Of a stretch of 64,000 nucleotides of DNA, positions 60,052 to 64,000 are shown in pieces (within the stretch, counting starts at the first letter, position 1; each line of letters begins with the position of its first letter). The notes under the pieces were generated by a model. It saw only the letters and a program-made list of their open reading frames with translations, was not told the origin of the DNA and made no database searches. Made by a program: the position numbers and the translations under genes. The DNA is from Tubulanus polymorphus (lineage: Eukaryota > Animalia > Nemertea), in the NCBI RefSeq assembly GCF_964204645.1, contig NC_134025.1, forward strand, positions 20,807,101-20,871,100, in the 5' to 3' direction.

Positions 60052-61152
60052 CTTTTCGTTTACATACGCGCATAATACAGTTGTTCCCCACAATCCGCCC
60101 TGGCAGAGCGTTACCATAAAGCAGATGATAAATAAAATCTCGGGCGATACCGATCCCTCCATCATGGTGATGTAAACCGCTAAAAAAGTCAACGGCAAAT
60201 CGAGCACGAAACTAGCCAGTAAATAACCCGAAAACATTTCATCTGCGACGGACATGAGATCGCATATTTTGGTATGCCACGCGCGATAATACCCGAGGTC
60301 TCCGTGGAATGAACGATCTTCGTGTAAACGTCTGTTGAATGTTCTGTAGAGTACATCGAACTCGCAGACGATCGCGTAACTGAGAAGCGAGATGAAAAAC
60401 AACATCGCTGTGATCGTCAAGAGCGCAAAGCCGACCATAATCTGGTTGAGAAAGGCCAGCGTCTTTGAACCCGGAGTGGTTTTCGGCAACGGCGCGATGA
60501 ATAGTAAAGAAAGCGACACAAGTTTGGAAATGGCGCCATATGACGTAGCAAATGCTGAAGCGACGACTGCCGCCGCGGCAAATGCAATAAAGATAGTGAA
60601 AAAGATGGCCATTTTCCTCAGGGATCCGATATAACTACACTTGCGGCCGTTTGGAAAATACGTCTGATGTAACTCTTCCCAAACGCGTAGAAACGTCGGA
60701 TATCGTTTCTTTTCACGCTGTCGCAACAAACAAACGACGTAAAACGCTCCGTGGCTGTAACTCAGGTGTCCGACCATCTTGAAATACCACTTCTCCGGAT
60801 ACTCCGACGTCATGAAATACTTCGAAAACAAACGCAACACGCCGATAATCAACTGCGTGGCTGCAAAACAGCAATAAGTTATTTGAATCCTGTTTAGGCA
60901 TCGTCTACTACGACTATCGTATTGTTGGTGATTGTGGTCGTTTGCCGTGTTGAAATAGAATCAGAAAATCTTCATGGCTACCATAAACGGTCGGCTCGCT
61001 AGATATAGTTCATTTTTACAAAAACAACGCTCGCCCTCTTTCGGTTGTATAGTGCTGCTGGTACGCGAATCCGTCGTTTTCGGTCGTGGCGTGAATTTTC
61101 CATCTATCTCGGCGTGCGTAAACAGTTGACCTTGACCTACACCGGAAAACAT
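60052..61152 (-). pseudogene. Gustatory-receptor-like (GRL, 7TM chemoreceptor-type) gene, large first coding exon with one in-frame TGA at 60963-60961
   Basis: ORFs 61152-60961 and 60852-59977 are in the same frame and open between them. RPFMVAMKIF*FYF matches the GRL N-terminal pattern rPll..Mk.fGlyf; six hydrophobic segments; YRAWHTKICDLMSVADEMFS; CAYVNEK followed by a phase-0 GT donor at 60051. Downstream exons are uncertain (candidate TY-motif exon 58588-58511). Confidence 0.75.
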
Positions 61153-62470
61153 GGCGTGTAAGTTCAGTCGAGATGTGTTCCTTTCAATGATCTGACAAAA
61201 AATAGTTAAATTACAAGTATAGCTGTGTAACTGATTTCTGACTTAAAGTCAAATGATTGAAAACAACAACTTTTGACACAAGCACCGAATCTGCCCACTA
61301 TTGGTTTTAGACGGATATTAGATGTATTTCTTCCACGCCCCTAAAATAAGTTCCAATGATCAATAGTTTGTAGTGGCATTGATGATGAGTCTGTATTCCT
61401 TGTCGCACGTTATCATCACTGACTCGGGCAACTGATGAAACTTATATTATTTGTTAACAGCTTATGCGTAAAGATAAACTACATTAAATCTGCATTAGTC
61501 CAACAACAAAGTAAGCAACAAAAGCCACCAATTTGATCATTAATTTCCTTTGTAGCTGAAATATCATACTCAAATGAAGTTCGATTAGCGCTCGATACAA
61601 ACGCGAATAACGTTTTATACCAGATGACATCAATTTTTACAATTGGTCGGGATATTCATTCTTCGCATCGTATTTACATTGATCTAATCCATCTAATGTC
61701 CAACATAACAAATTGAAAGCACGCCATAAAAATGACGTATCGTTTTAGGTTTTATATGTTATTTCTAGCCAGCAATATCTTTATGGCCCTAGCAATGTTC
61801 TGTGGGGTTAAAATAAATAAAGGCAAATATCGCTAACACGAAATTTCACGAGATAGCTTTCGGCTGCTTATATCGTCTAACAAGTTACATTTTTACGTCA
61901 TTCATTGCTGGAGATTATTCTTCGAAAGGTGCAAAGTTAAGAATAAATGGTTCGACAGTAATACTACGCTTTAGGGTGGATATCCAAGAATCTATGTACT
62001 ACGTTGAAAAAATGACTCTACTGCATAATGAAAGTGATAGAAGAAGCATGCGCCTCATGTGCTAAGTGGCACGGTACCCTTTCACAGAGAGTTCATGTTA
62101 TATTCATGACTCCTTTCAGTGAAATATGATAAAATGGTTGTCTTGTTAGTACTAAAAGATGCTTGAGGCCAAATCGCACTGTAGTTTTGCCGAACACGAG
62201 TGGACATTAGATCAAAGAAAATGATTCTATGAAATGTGTCGTACGTAGGTGGCTGCTTATTATTTAGTTATGCAGTACTAGCTTCATTGAAGAAATTGCA
62301 AAAACTTTAAAATTGCCCTGAACAAAGGCTTGTAATCATAGACTTCCGGAAATTGTATGTAAATTTCATATTTCTTCCAGATTGAGGTGTTTCCTGTACT
62401 AGATAATGTACTTTACGGTAAGTCGATTTAACGAAATGCCTCCGATACTGGAAACAAATTGCCATCATCC

Positions 62471-62990
62471 CTAGCATAGATTGCGAATTTTCTTGCAATT
62501 TTCCATCGTGTACTCATTGGTGGCGCAATATTCCTCGTTGGAGTAACGCTCGTTGTTGTCCTCGCAGACTGCATCTGATATAGAAACGTCTGCTTCATTA
62601 AACCCAACGCACACGTCGCAGGGAAACACGGTTTAGGAAACCTTTCCGAGATATGTTTCCGTTTTTTCCTCTCATCAAGACAAACCCTGACCGCAGAACC
62701 TTCATTTGTCTATTACGCTGCCCAACATTTGGGCGGACAAATTCAAGATTTTTTATCGTTTCTATGTATTGGTTTACATTACAATATATGGATTACTTTA
62801 CACGACAAACATTAAAAAGCGGAAATTTAAGTAAGAAACCATTAATGTACAAATATATGTGTATAATGCCGAGTGAAGTACAACGATGTAATTAGGGATA
62901 TATTACAATTATGCATAAGGCAGGGCAGGTTGCCGCCCAGCGGCTACCAGTTTATGTATCAAGGCAATCAGATACATTATTTTTCACCGG
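62471..62990 (-). pseudogene. Decayed gene end with tandem ShK(T)-like domains
   Basis: 62574-62471 reads DAVCEDNNERYSNEEYCATNEYTMENCKKIRNLC* after an AG acceptor; about 62703-62602 reads VCLDERKKRKHISERFPKPCFPATCALG; about 62985-62895 reads CLDT*TGSRWAATCPALC. The CxD...C...CxxxCxLC pattern is present with several Cys lost. Confidence 0.55.
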
Positions 62991-64000
62991 CCCATTTTGC
63001 TGATACCCAATTAAATAACATACACAAGTACACATAAACTAAGGAAATGACTGCGAGTTTATTGTGATATAAGATATATAGATATAGAACTACAAATGTA
63101 ATTCATATCCAATAGCTTCTCCTTTAAGGGTCGAATGTATTTGTGAGCGTTTAAATTCCTAACGTCTTAATTCATTGCCACCTATTTCCCTATAACTGCG
63201 TAGAAATGACTTAATTCGACAAGGCAACGCCCTTCAGGTTAGCTGATATAGCCCGGGGCCGTGAGTTAGTTTCTTCCGCGTGTGGATATGATTGTGAATA
63301 CCACCGGAATGACATCCGTAGTCCCCGTCGTCAAAGTGATAACTGTAAACCTTCATCCTATTCTAGATATCTAATCTGTTCATCTCTTAAACATACATAT
63401 TCATCTTTTTCTTTTGAAACAATTAGCAACATGATGTATGAATAAAGTAAATTCAATATCGCTTATATAGTTTGATGCAGTCATCTGTGGTGACCAGTTT
63501 TGAAGATCAGTTATTCACTTACGTACAGATTGGTCAACAAAACCCCCTAAAATTGGAAACATTTCTATCCGCACAAATACTATTCTATTTTCCAGTCGCC
63601 TTGACCGATTTATTGGGAGAGTGTTTCGACGGTTTTAAGATCCTTTGATAGCGTATACATGGCGGCGAAAATGTGCGTACCACGAGCGTATACGTGCACA
63701 GCCATATATCCTCTCGCATGGTGGCTACAAAGACGGCGATTATTGAGATAAGATCAAATTGATTTATTAGGAATTCTAGACGGTTGATGATAGTAATAAC
63801 AACGGTGCTCATGTTCTTAGCGGCATTGAATCAATTTCAGCTTTATGATCATTGCGTTGCCCGTCGTGTGGTCGCTAAATCCTAAACGACACTTATGGAT
63901 CATTATCCCGGCAAAGGGCATTTCCTCGGCTCCAGTTGAAACGGGCCGACTGCCAAATGTCGCCGGCTAAATCCCGCGCTCTTTCGTTGTACAGTGGAAC

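Overview
AT-rich, intron-rich animal genomic DNA (invertebrate, probably lophotrochozoan; the species cannot be determined from the sequence). All recognisable host genes are on the minus strand. (1) The 5' half of COPB1 (coatomer beta), 13 coding exons, with an intact DD41D (rosa-type) Tc1/mariner transposon in one intron. (2) A ZDHHC9/14/18 (Erf2/app-family) palmitoyltransferase ending in a PDZ-type SSV* motif. (3) An NRF-6/OACYL-like acyltransferase whose second coding exon looks broken. (4) A gustatory-receptor-like 7TM gene with one in-frame TGA. (5) A decayed multi-ShK-domain gene. Main finding: in the ZDHHC gene, the exon encoding TM4 plus the TTxE motif is present as four divergent tandem copies. 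They lie downstream of a single minor-spliceosome (U12, AT-AC) donor, and each has its own U12 branch point and AC acceptor but a major-spliceosome GT donor. This architecture predicts four-way mutually exclusive splicing enforced by spliceosome incompatibility. Also present: candidate microexons and a stop cassette affecting the PDZ tail, a nested IS3EU-type element holding a ~900 bp copy of nearby host sequence, a Penelope-type minimal hammerhead motif, and many MITEs. Exon boundaries were read by eye, with no RNA evidence or database search.
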